A DNA stretch of 64,000 nt from an uncultured Acidobacteriota bacterium (GTDB taxonomy: Bacteria > Acidobacteriota > Thermoanaerobaculia > Multivoradales > JAHEKO01). Below the pieces are notes generated by a model. It searched no databases. It saw nothing but the letters and a program-made list of their open reading frames with translations, and was not told the origin of the DNA. Position 1 is the stretch's first letter; every line of letters begins with the position of its first letter. Below are positions 1 to 8,749 of this stretch, piece after piece. The DNA is taken from assembly GCA_963713825.1 (NCBI GenBank), contig CAVQNG010000014.1, positions 1 to 64,000 of the forward strand. The letters are read 5' to 3'. The position numbers were made by a program, and so were the translations under genes.

Positions 1-249
1 CCGGGCAACGACTTCCTGGGCCATGCGCACACGCTGCGCCACTTCAGAGAGGTGTGGCAACCTCGGGTCCTCGACCGAAATACCTACCAGGGCTGGGTCG
101 CTGCCGACAAGCCGACAGCCTTCAGCAATGCTCGTGACATCGCCCAGCAGGCGATCGCCAACCACCGCTGTGAGCCGTTGGCCGACGCCACGCTGGAGAC
201 TCTGTGGGAGATCGTGGCGGAAGCCGATAAGCGAGCGGGCGTGGCCTAA
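1..249 (+). CDS. Trimethylamine/quaternary-amine:corrinoid methyltransferase (MttB family), C-terminal fragment (5'-truncated)
   Basis: Frame +1 from base 1 reads PGNDFLGHAHTLRHFREVWQPRVLDRNTYQGWVAADKPTAFSNARDIAQQAIANHRCEPL...EADKRAGVA*, matching the typical MttB C-terminus (GPGgxFLxxxHT...PxxxDRxxxxxW). Confidence 0.8.
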   Translation, partial: PGNDFLGHAHTLRHFREVWQPRVLDRNTYQGWVAADKPTAFSNARDIAQQAIANHRCEPLADATLETLWEIVAEADKRAGVA

Positions 250-280
250 TCCGACTTGGGCTCTCTGGAGGAACATCCTA

Positions 281-1417
281 GTGAAAAGGGATTACGAAGC
301 GATCGTCTTGGGCCTTGGCGGTATCGGTAGCGGCGCGTTGTATTGGCTCAGTCGCAGACTCGGTGGCGAGGTTTTGGGCCTTGAACAGTTCGAGCTCGGT
401 CACGACCGGGGCGGCTCGCAGGATCACTCGAGGATCATCCGCTACACCTACCATTTGCCGGAATACGTTCGTTTGGCAGCTGGTGCCTACGACGCCTGGG
501 AGGTAGTGGAGGAAGAGAGCGGCGAGCAACTCGTGGTGCGCTGCGGCGGGTTGGATCTCTTTCCCGAAGGCGGATCGGAGTCGATCATCGACTACAGCGG
601 CAGTCTTGAAGCCGTCGGCGTGCCGTTCGAGCTGCTGAGCGCTGGGCAGGTCCGTCGACGCTGGCCGCAGTTCCGCATCGAGGACAACACCGAGGGCCTC
701 TACCAAGCCGACGGTGGCTTCGTGAAGGCTGCCGAAGGTAATGCCGCTCACCAGCGATTAGCTCGCCAACGGGGTGCCACCCTGCTGCCGGGTGTCGCAG
801 TTTGGGACATCTCGGAGCGAGACGGCGAGTACGAGATCAGTACAAAGCAGGGGACCTTCACGACCGCCAGGTTGGTGATGGCTTCCGGTGCGTGGACCCG
901 TTCTCTTCTGAGCCATTTCGAAGTGCAGTTGCCACTGCGGGTGACCCAGGAGCAGGTGACCTACTTCCATCCGACCGACCCGCAAGCCTTCGAGCCGGAC
1001 CGATTCCCGATCTGGATCTGGAACGACGAGCCCACCTACTACGGTTTTCCACTGCATCCGAGCGACGGCGCGAAGGTCGCCCAGGACCTCGGTGGAGGAG
1101 AGGTCACCGTCGATAGCCGCACCTTCGAACCGAACGCCGAGAACCTCGCCGGCGTCCAACGCTTCTGCCGCAAGCACCTGTCCGCCCTCGAGCAGGTCAA
1201 CTACACCAAGACCTGCCTCTACACCCTCACCCCCGACCGCGACTTCCTGCTCGACGCCGTGCCCGGCCAGACCGGCGTCTGGTTCGCCATCGGCGCCGGC
1301 CACGCCTTCAAGTTCGCTTCCCATCTAGGCCGCATCCTGAGCGAGCTCGCCCTCGATGGCACGACACTGGCGGACATCGACCCCTTCAAGACCGATAGAG
1401 AGCGACTCCGAGTCTGA
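281..1417 (+). CDS. solA: N-methyl-L-tryptophan oxidase / monomeric sarcosine oxidase family flavoprotein
   Basis: GTG at 281 after a GGAGGA RBS; IVLGLGGIGSG FAD motif, GSxDHSRIIR, covalent-FAD Cys motif KTCLYT, GHAFKFA. Confidence 0.85.
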   Translation: MKRDYEAIVLGLGGIGSGALYWLSRRLGGEVLGLEQFELGHDRGGSQDHSRIIRYTYHLPEYVRLAAGAYDAWEVVEEESGEQLVVRCGGLDLFPEGGSESIIDYSGSLEAVGVPFELLSAGQVRRRWPQFRIEDNTEGLYQADGGFVKAAEGNAAHQRLARQRGATLLPGVAVWDISERDGEYEISTKQGTFTTARLVMASGAWTRSLLSHFEVQLPLRVTQEQVTYFHPTDPQAFEPDRFPIWIWNDEPTYYGFPLHPSDGAKVAQDLGGGEVTVDSRTFEPNAENLAGVQRFCRKHLSALEQVNYTKTCLYTLTPDRDFLLDAVPGQTGVWFAIGAGHAFKFASHLGRILSELALDGTTLADIDPFKTDRERLRV

Positions 1418-1620
1418 GCGGAGTCGATCTCCGCCTCCCGCTAGTCAGGCGAAGGGTTCGCTACCCTGCCCTGGCGAGGAATGTCTAGTCTCGTCAGGAC
1501 ATCCTCAAATGGATAGGCAACTTCCTGAATTCCTCACAGCCGAACCGCATCTATCAGGGAACTGGAAGTTTCTTGTCACGTTTGTGTCCGTGTAGCTACT
1601 CATATAGGGATGTAGAAGCG

Positions 1621-1732
1621 CCTCGACAAAGGCACACCTGGGAAAACCCAGGGCCGCAAAGCCACGGGTCCTCGTCTCTTTCGCGACGGAAACCCGCCAC
1701 GAAGGACCCAAGACCGCCGGGCTGCCGAAGGG
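1621..1732 (+). ncRNA. Cyclic di-GMP-I (GEMM-I) riboswitch with extended P3
   Basis: CGACAAAGGCACACC-P2-GGGCCGCAAAGCCACGGGTC...GACCGCCGGGCTGCCGAAGG matches the GEMM-I consensus; P1 CCTCG/CGAAGG; lies in the 5' UTR of 1778..3694. Confidence 0.85.
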
Positions 1733-1777
1733 TGAAAGGGAACTCTGTTTCTGAAACGGCATGGGGAGGACGGTGCG

Positions 1778-3694
1778 ATGAAGAAGCTGAAGAATGAGCT
1801 CGCGGTGATGACGGTGCTGATCCTGTTGAGTGCCTCGACCCTTCTTGGCGCCGAGGGTCCCTGGGAGCCGGCTGGACTCCAGGGCAACCACATTTGGGCA
1901 CTCGAGACCAGCCCCACAGGTGTGATGTTGGCGGGTACTGCCTTTGCGTCCGCCAACAAGATCTTTCGCAGTTCCGATTATGGTCTCACTTGGACCGAAG
2001 CCACTGGACTGCCCGGGTCTGAGATCTGGGGTATCGAGTTCGATCCGTCGAACGAGTCGATCGTCTATGCCGCGCTGAACGGCGCCGGTGTGTTCAAGAG
2101 CCTGGATGGCGGCGCGAGTTGGTCCTGGTCGAACCTCAACGGCCAGATCTGGCAGATTGCCGTTTCGCCGACTCATCCCGGCGTCGTGTACGTCGCGAGC
2201 CAGACGGGAGGCGTATTCAAGAGTGAAGATGCCGGCGACAATTGGCTGCTTCAGGATCTTGGCTCGGTGAACAACGCGACCGCGATTGCCGTGGACCCGA
2301 CAGATCCCGATATAGCCTGGGCCGGCACGCCGTTTTGGGGACTCTTCAAGACCACCAACGGGGGTTTGACCTGGTTCGAGGTCAACTCCGGGCTCGAGCT
2401 CGGCTCCGCCAGTTTTGCGGACATAAGGAGCTTCCTCATTGACCCGTTGTCCCCGATGACGGTCTACGCCGGGGAATTCTGGAATGGCGTTTTCAAGAGC
2501 CTGGATGGCGGCGTTACCTGGTTCAAGCCTGACCCGAGCCTCTTTGCGACGGTCCTTTCGATCGAGTTGTCAGGCTTCGATCTCTACATCATCAATACCT
2601 TCGACGATGACGGCAATCCCGCCTATCGCAGTAGCGATGCAGGATTGACATGGGAACCGCTACCCAGACAGGCAGGGCTTTCGGGGAGAATCTGGCCCCG
2701 ATCTCTGTCGGTGATTCCGGGCGCAGTGCTCATCGGCACCGATCCTTTTCCGAATGAAGGCGGCATCTACAGTTGGCAGCTCGCCGACGCCGATGCCGAC
2801 GGCGTAATGGACGATGTCGATAACTGTCCCTTCACACCCAACCCGGGCCAGGTCGACTCGGACGGTGACACCGAAGGCGACCTCTGCGATGCGTGTCCAG
2901 GGGATCCCGCACAGATGTGTAATCCGGGGGGATCCACAGCCGCCGAGATACCAGCGGATGAAGGTGGCTCGCTCCAGACACCGGATGGCGCCGTGACGCT
3001 CGACATCGCCCCCGGCGACCTCACCGAGGACAGCACCTTGTCGATCACGGAGGTGGCCCCGACCGATCCGATAGCGGATCTGGTCTTGGACGACGGCAAC
3101 GCCAGCGGCCTGCCACTGGCCACCTATGTCTTCGAACCGGATGGTCTTGAATTCAGCAGCCCAGTCTCTCTCGAAGTCATAGTCGACGTCTCGACTCTGA
3201 ACCGTGGGCAGAGAGCGAGAATCGATCTCTATCTGTATTCGGATACCGACGCGGACGGAGTCGAGGACAGCTACGTCAGTCTGGGCGCGACCTGCACGGT
3301 GGTAGAGGACCCGGCAGAGACATTCACGGCCACGTGCACCGCCGAGCTCGCCCACCTGTCGATCTATTCGCTGATCGCCCCACTCGATAGCGACGGTGAC
3401 GAGGTACCAGATCAGTTCGGTTCCGTGGCGGATGCCTGTCCAGCAACGATGATTCCCGAGAGCGTGCCGCTCGTGCTTCTGAGGGTCAATCGATTCGCCT
3501 TGGCGGATGCTGACGCGGTGTTCGATACGACCAACCCTCGGCAGGGTAGGCGCACGCTGACCTATTCGACGGACGACACGGCCGGCTGCTCGTGTGAGCA
3601 GATCATCGAGGCTCTCGAGTTGGGCCTCGGGCAATCGAGATTCGGATGTAGCAACAGCGTCATGAAGAACTGGGTGGCCAGAGTGAGCCAATAG
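1778..3694 (+). CDS. Secreted BNR/VPS10-like beta-propeller protein with thrombospondin type-3 repeats, a ZU5-like domain and a Cys-containing C-terminal domain
   Basis: Signal peptide; repeated FKSxDGGxTW BNR boxes; DADGVMDDVDNCPFTPNPGQVDSDGD (TSP3); FEPDGLEFSSPV...HLSIYSL (ZU5-like); GGAGGA RBS. Confidence 0.8.
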   Translation: MKKLKNELAVMTVLILLSASTLLGAEGPWEPAGLQGNHIWALETSPTGVMLAGTAFASANKIFRSSDYGLTWTEATGLPGSEIWGIEFDPSNESIVYAALNGAGVFKSLDGGASWSWSNLNGQIWQIAVSPTHPGVVYVASQTGGVFKSEDAGDNWLLQDLGSVNNATAIAVDPTDPDIAWAGTPFWGLFKTTNGGLTWFEVNSGLELGSASFADIRSFLIDPLSPMTVYAGEFWNGVFKSLDGGVTWFKPDPSLFATVLSIELSGFDLYIINTFDDDGNPAYRSSDAGLTWEPLPRQAGLSGRIWPRSLSVIPGAVLIGTDPFPNEGGIYSWQLADADADGVMDDVDNCPFTPNPGQVDSDGDTEGDLCDACPGDPAQMCNPGGSTAAEIPADEGGSLQTPDGAVTLDIAPGDLTEDSTLSITEVAPTDPIADLVLDDGNASGLPLATYVFEPDGLEFSSPVSLEVIVDVSTLNRGQRARIDLYLYSDTDADGVEDSYVSLGATCTVVEDPAETFTATCTAELAHLSIYSLIAPLDSDGDEVPDQFGSVADACPATMIPESVPLVLLRVNRFALADADAVFDTTNPRQGRRTLTYSTDDTAGCSCEQIIEALELGLGQSRFGCSNSVMKNWVARVSQ

Positions 3695-3724
3695 TAGATC
3701 TGACCGCCGTAACTTGACCTGAGT

Positions 3725-3753
3725 CCGGGCCGCGTGCCCGGCCTATTTTCTTT
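3725..3753 (+). terminator. Probable intrinsic terminator
   Basis: CCGGGC-cgcgt-GCCCGG hairpin followed by ctattttcttt, downstream of the 3694 stop. Confidence 0.45.
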
Positions 3754-3911
3754 GGAGTCGATCTACCGTCGGTGGCCAAAGGCCACGGACCGCGTCTCCG
3801 CCGAAGATCTTATCTATAGCGTTCCAGCTATATCTCCTACCCGCGAAGATGGGTTGACGACTACCTTGCGGGGTATGTCGCGCTTGTAAGGTTTCTGCTA
3901 GGAAGGTCATA

Positions 3912-3996
3912 CAGAGAAAAGGGCAAACCTGCCGTGAGGCAGGGGCGCAAAGCCACGGGTCCGGGCGAAGCTCGACCGAGACCGCCGGGCTGCCAC
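3912..3996 (+). ncRNA. Cyclic di-GMP-I (GEMM-I) riboswitch upstream of the ECF sigma gene
   Basis: AAAAGGGCAAACCTGCC-GTGA-GGCAGGGGCGCAAAGCCACGGGTC...GAGACCGCCGGGCTGCC: GNRA-capped P2, GCAAAGCC junction and GCCGGGCTGCC 3' strand; P1 is weak. Confidence 0.88.
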
Positions 3997-4053
3997 GAGC
4001 GTCGCTAGCCGATGGAGTCGAGTGACTCCACCGAAGCGGGGGAGTTTGCACGG

Positions 4054-4896
4054 ATGGGTGTGACCTCCAGGCTCATCGAGTGGGTTCCAGGCCTTCCGGC
4101 GAAGGAGATGGAGGAGGCGTGGGATCGGTTTCTCGGTGAGTACGCTGGCCTCATCCTCCAGGTCGTTCACCTCTTCGAGCGCGACCCGGACCGGGTCGAC
4201 GACTGCTTCCTCTTCGTCTGCGAGCAGCTGAAGAAGGATCGGCTCCGAAGGCTGCGCCGATTCGAAGCCAACGGCACAGCGACGTTCTCCACCTGGCTGC
4301 GGGCCGTGGTGCGCAATCTCTGTCTCGACTGGCGCCGCCAGCGATTCGGTCGCCCCCGGATCTTCCGCTCGATCGCCCGCCTCCCCGAAGTGGATCAGGA
4401 GGTCTTCCGCTGTATCTACTTTCGAAAGCTGAGCGAGAACGAGACCCTCCATACGGTCAGGGCGCTCCACCCGGCCCTGGATCGCGAAGCGCTCGCTGCG
4501 AGCCTTGTGCGCATTCGCGGCAGCCTCAGCCCGCACCAGTCGTGGCTGTTGGCCTCGCGCAATCCCTACATGGAATCGCTGTCTCGGAACGCGGATGTCT
4601 CCAAGGGAGACGCTCGGGAAACGGAGCTACCCGATCCCGATCCGGATCCCGAGACCGAGGCAGCCGGCCGCGAGTTTCTCCGTGCCCTTCGCCGGGCGAT
4701 GGAAGACCTGCCACCAGGGGACCGGCTGCTACTGCGGCTTCGCTTCGAGCAGGAGCTGACCCTGGAGGAGATCGCAGAGCTGATGCAGCTGGGCAGTGCG
4801 GTCAAGGCACAAAGATACCTACAACAGGTGCTTTCGAAGACTAGAGAGCAACTCCTGATGCAGGGAATCGAGTCCGTGTCCGTGAAAGACAAGTAG
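4054..4896 (+). CDS. ECF-type RNA polymerase sigma-70 factor (long form)
   Basis: Region 2 (AWDRFLGEY...FSTWLRAVVRNLCLDWRR) and region 4 (LPPGDRLLLRLRFEQELTLEEIA). ATG 4054 has a GGGGAG RBS; alternative start at 4012. Confidence 0.9.
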   Translation: MGVTSRLIEWVPGLPAKEMEEAWDRFLGEYAGLILQVVHLFERDPDRVDDCFLFVCEQLKKDRLRRLRRFEANGTATFSTWLRAVVRNLCLDWRRQRFGRPRIFRSIARLPEVDQEVFRCIYFRKLSENETLHTVRALHPALDREALAASLVRIRGSLSPHQSWLLASRNPYMESLSRNADVSKGDARETELPDPDPDPETEAAGREFLRALRRAMEDLPPGDRLLLRLRFEQELTLEEIAELMQLGSAVKAQRYLQQVLSKTREQLLMQGIESVSVKDK

Positions 4897-4922
4897 CCGG
4901 GAGCGAAGACTCCGGGCCGGGT

Positions 4923-5681
4923 ATGAGCGAAATGATCGACGAATCGGAAATCACCAGGCAGATTCCCCTCGTTGCGGGTTCGGGTAGTCGAAGAGGCGCA
5001 CACTGTCCGACGTCGGGGCAGCTGGCGACCTATGCCGACACACGACTGGATGCGACCGCGCGGGCAAGAGCGGAGGAGCACCTCGCCGATTGCACCTACT
5101 GCCTGGGGCAGGTCGGGTTTCTGATTCGCCAGTCGCGGGAGAGCCAAGCAGAGTCGGTACCTGCGCGTCTGATGGATGCGGTTCGGGAGAGGCCTGGCCG
5201 CCGGTTCGGGCTTGTCCCGGTGCCGGCGCTGGCGGCCATGGCGGCGACGGCCCTTCTGTTGGCTGTCGGGGTCGCCTGGCAGCCGGACCGTGGCCTGACA
5301 CCTTTTGGCCCGGCCCATCCGGGTTCCGACAGCACAGGCCAGACCTCCTCGGGAGCACCGATGGATCGCACGCTCCGCAATGGTGCCGTCACCACGGCCC
5401 CGCCTCGGATTTTGCAGCCGGGCGACGGAGAGATCGTTGGCCGGCTGCCTCTGGAGATCCGCTGGTCGACCTCACCTGGGGCCCTTCAGTACTCCGTCCA
5501 GGTGCTGAGCCTCGCCGGTGATCTGGTCTGGGAGGGCTCGAGCGCCGGGGAAGAGACCTTGGTTCCGTCGGAGGTGATACTCGAGCCAGGACAGAGGTAC
5601 TACGTCTGGGTGGAAGCGCGGCTTCCCTCTGGCGCTGCTTCGAAGTCCGATGCCGTGGCCTTTCGCGTAGCTCCCGATTGA
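4923..5681 (+). CDS. Zinc-finger (zf-HC2) membrane anti-sigma factor with extracytoplasmic Ig/Fn-like C-terminal domain
   Basis: HCP...HLADCTYC (HxxxCxxC) motif, one TM helix (ALAAMAATALLLAVGVAW), beta-rich C-terminus (LEPGQRYYVWVEA); directly after the sigma gene. Confidence 0.82.
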   Translation: MSEMIDESEITRQIPLVAGSGSRRGAHCPTSGQLATYADTRLDATARARAEEHLADCTYCLGQVGFLIRQSRESQAESVPARLMDAVRERPGRRFGLVPVPALAAMAATALLLAVGVAWQPDRGLTPFGPAHPGSDSTGQTSSGAPMDRTLRNGAVTTAPPRILQPGDGEIVGRLPLEIRWSTSPGALQYSVQVLSLAGDLVWEGSSAGEETLVPSEVILEPGQRYYVWVEARLPSGAASKSDAVAFRVAPD

Positions 5682-5708
5682 CGGGGGCCACGTTCGATCG
5701 GGGAAGAC

Positions 5709-8651
5709 ATGATTCCCCAGTACACTGTTTGGGTGCCCGTGATTTCGCTGGCGCTGATCTTGGCGCCGGGGATCCTCGCGGCCACGGAATCCGGCACAGC
5801 CGACGAGCTGCTGGCGCAAGCGCGAGAGCTCTATACGCAAGAAGGGCCAGCACCGGCCCTGCCGGTTTACGAGCGGGCCCTCTCCCAATACCGCGCAGAT
5901 GAGAACCGTTTGGGCGAAGCGATCACTCTCGGGTTGATTGGCAACTGTTACAAGCGCTTGGGGGACTACGACCGATCCGGTGAGCTATTGGAACAGGCGC
6001 TGGCCATGAAGCGGGAGCTTGGGGACCGTCTCGAGGAGGGCAAGACGCTCAGCCATCTTGGTCTTCTCTCATGGGAGAAGGCTGACTACCCAGAGGCGAT
6101 CCAGTATTTCGAAGATGCGATCGCCGTCGGAAAGGATCTCGGAGACGCAAGGCTCGAAGGATCGGCTCTCAACAATCTGAGCCTGGTCTATGACGAGCTG
6201 GGTGACTACGAGCGCAGCCTGCAGCAATACGACGAGGTACTGGAGCTCTATCGCCGCACGGACTTTCCGCGGGGAGAAAGCGACACCCTGGGCAACATCG
6301 GCGGGGTCTATCTCCTCCTGGGGCGCTACCGGGAGGCCATGGGCTTCTACGAGCAGGCCCTGGCGATCAGTGAGCGCCTCGAGTCCAAACCGTCCATGAG
6401 CCAGGATCTCGGCAATCTGGCTCTCTGCCATCTCGGCCTGGGTGAGATCTCAGAAGCCATCGAGAGGTTCGATCGCGCCCTGTCTCTGGCACGACAAACA
6501 GGGCTCGAGAAGGAAACAGCCGACTGGCTGAAGGGCAAGGGTGACGTCTATCACGACATCGGACGCCACAGCGAAGGTCTGGAGCTCTACCGCCAAGCGC
6601 TGGCATCCTACGAGTCCGCCGGGTTGAAGAGGGAGCTGGTCGAGGCTCTCAACGAGCTGGCCACCATTCACCTTCAGTTGGGAGACCTGGCCTCGGCAGA
6701 GGAGTACCAGCGCCGATCGCTCGAGCTGGCGCGCTCCATCGGCTTCACGCGAGGAGTCGTAGCGAGTCAGGTGGCCCTGGGAGAGCTGGAGTGGCGCCGC
6801 CGGCGGTACAGAGAGGCCGCGACCTTCCTCCGCGAGGCTCTCGAAGGTGCTCTCGCGATCGACGATCAGAACCTCGCTTACTCGTGCAGGACACAGCTCG
6901 TCCTCACCCTCAGAGACCAAGGAGAGCTCGAAGAGGCCCTGACACTAGCCAGCAGCGAAATCGAGACGGTGCGAGGGCTCGAATCGAAGCTGCATACGGC
7001 GGAGGCGCTTTACGCTTTGGGCAATATCGAGCTGTTGACCGGCAAGCCGGAGCAAGCGCTAGTGCACTTCCGAGAGGGTTCAGGTCTACTCGCTGGCCTG
7101 GGTGAGCCGGACATCGCATGGCGGCTGGCCCACGGCCAGGGAAAAGCCCTCGAGGAGCTCGGTCGAGACGAAGAAGCCGTCTCCGGTTACTCCGAGGCCG
7201 TCCGGCTTATCGAGACGGTTCGCGGGCGTCTGCGCGAAGAACGGTTTCGCTCGGGGTATATCGAGGACAAGTACGAAGCCTACGTCGACCTCTCCCGACT
7301 GCTGGTGCGACTGGATCGGCCGGAAGAGGCCTTCTCGTACGCCGAGAAGCTCAGGGCGCGCAGTTACCTCGATCTTCTGTCAGAAGCATCGATCCCCAGC
7401 CTCACTGAGCAGGAAAAGCGGCGAGAGATGGAGCTGCGCCAGCGCATCCGCGGGCTTCAGGAGAGCCTGGGAGAAGAAGCCAAATCCGAGTTCGAGCCAC
7501 GTCGGCGTGCGATGGCGCTTTTCGCAGCGGAGCTGGAACAGGCCGAGCGGGAATACGCAGCCTTTCTCTCCGATCTCAGGACTGTAGACCCGGATCTGGC
7601 TGCTACCTGGTCGTTGTCGGTACCCGAAGCCGTCACGATTCGTGAGGCGTTGCCAGCCGGTACGGCCCTGGTGGAATTCGTGGTGGGCAGGGACCAGGTG
7701 CTGGTCTTTCTGCTCAGCGCCGAGCGCTTGGAGACCCATGTCGCGCCACTGTCCCGGAGGGACCTGCAGACCAAGGTGGAGCTGACTCGACAGTTGATCC
7801 AGAAACGGGATAACGATGACTGGCGATTCCCAGCAGCGAGTCTCGCTGCGGCGCTGATCGAGCCCCTCGAAGCCGAAGGGTGGCTGGATGCGGTTCAGCA
7901 TCTCTATCTGGTGCCGCACGACACGCTGCACTATCTGCCATTTGCAGTGCTACCTCGAGGACCCGAAGGCCGAGTCCTGGTCCAGGACTACCAACTGACC
8001 TACCTGCCGTCGGCAGGGACACTCGTCTATCCACGAGCAGGGGGGGCAGCGGCCAAGGGCCTCCTCGTCCTGGCGCCGATGAGCAGTCGATTGAAGCACA
8101 CCGTGGCCGAAGCCCGCGCGGTGGCCGAAGCCTTTCCTGACAGTAACAAGGTCCTCATGGGAGACCAGGCCACGGAGAGCTCTTTCAAAGCCCTTTCCAA
8201 GGATTTCAAGGTTCTCCACCTAGCTACGCACAGCACCTGGAATCGACTGAATCCGCTGCTGTCCGCTCTGCAGCTGGAGGCGGGTGACGGCGAGGATGGT
8301 CGGCTCGAGGTGCACGAGGTTCTTGATCTCCGCCTGGGCGCCGATCTCGTGACCCTGAGTGCTTGTGAGACGGCGCTTGGCAGCGGGTATTTCGGCCAGA
8401 CCCCGGTCGGAGATGATTTCGTGGGGCTGACCAGAGCCTTCCTTCATTCCGGAAGTCGTGCTGTTCTGGCCAGCCTCTGGGAAGTCGACGATCGATCGAC
8501 GCTCGATCTCATGCGGAGCTTCTATCGACAGAGGGATGAGGAGGGTCCCGCTTTGGCACTGGCCGAGGCGCAACGCCTGATGCTCGCGGATTCAGGCAAG
8601 TCGGACCCATACAAATGGGCCGCTTTCGTCGTCGTGGGGCCCTCGCCATGA
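5709..8651 (+). CDS. TPR-repeat CHAT-domain (caspase-HetF family) cysteine protease with N-terminal signal peptide
   Basis: Multiple 40-aa TPRs, then a CHAT domain with His (VLHLATHS) and Cys (LVTLSACETA) dyad, ASLWEVDD and PYKWAAF motifs. Confidence 0.92.
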   Translation: MIPQYTVWVPVISLALILAPGILAATESGTADELLAQARELYTQEGPAPALPVYERALSQYRADENRLGEAITLGLIGNCYKRLGDYDRSGELLEQALAMKRELGDRLEEGKTLSHLGLLSWEKADYPEAIQYFEDAIAVGKDLGDARLEGSALNNLSLVYDELGDYERSLQQYDEVLELYRRTDFPRGESDTLGNIGGVYLLLGRYREAMGFYEQALAISERLESKPSMSQDLGNLALCHLGLGEISEAIERFDRALSLARQTGLEKETADWLKGKGDVYHDIGRHSEGLELYRQALASYESAGLKRELVEALNELATIHLQLGDLASAEEYQRRSLELARSIGFTRGVVASQVALGELEWRRRRYREAATFLREALEGALAIDDQNLAYSCRTQLVLTLRDQGELEEALTLASSEIETVRGLESKLHTAEALYALGNIELLTGKPEQALVHFREGSGLLAGLGEPDIAWRLAHGQGKALEELGRDEEAVSGYSEAVRLIETVRGRLREERFRSGYIEDKYEAYVDLSRLLVRLDRPEEAFSYAEKLRARSYLDLLSEASIPSLTEQEKRREMELRQRIRGLQESLGEEAKSEFEPRRRAMALFAAELEQAEREYAAFLSDLRTVDPDLAATWSLSVPEAVTIREALPAGTALVEFVVGRDQVLVFLLSAERLETHVAPLSRRDLQTKVELTRQLIQKRDNDDWRFPAASLAAALIEPLEAEGWLDAVQHLYLVPHDTLHYLPFAVLPRGPEGRVLVQDYQLTYLPSAGTLVYPRAGGAAAKGLLVLAPMSSRLKHTVAEARAVAEAFPDSNKVLMGDQATESSFKALSKDFKVLHLATHSTWNRLNPLLSALQLEAGDGEDGRLEVHEVLDLRLGADLVTLSACETALGSGYFGQTPVGDDFVGLTRAFLHSGSRAVLASLWEVDDRSTLDLMRSFYRQRDEEGPALALAEAQRLMLADSGKSDPYKWAAFVVVGPSP

Positions 8652-8749
8652 AATCCGAAGTGAATATGGGCTGGTGCGTGTCCGTGCAAGGTAATCAGGA
8701 ACGAGCGATTCCGTACCAAGAGGACATCTGATCTGAAGGAGGTCACGAC

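Noticed and set aside
1621-3996. c-AMP-GMP (GEMM-Ib) specificity for the two riboswitches
   Set aside because: Manual alignment shows G, not A, at the discriminating position 20 in both aptamers.
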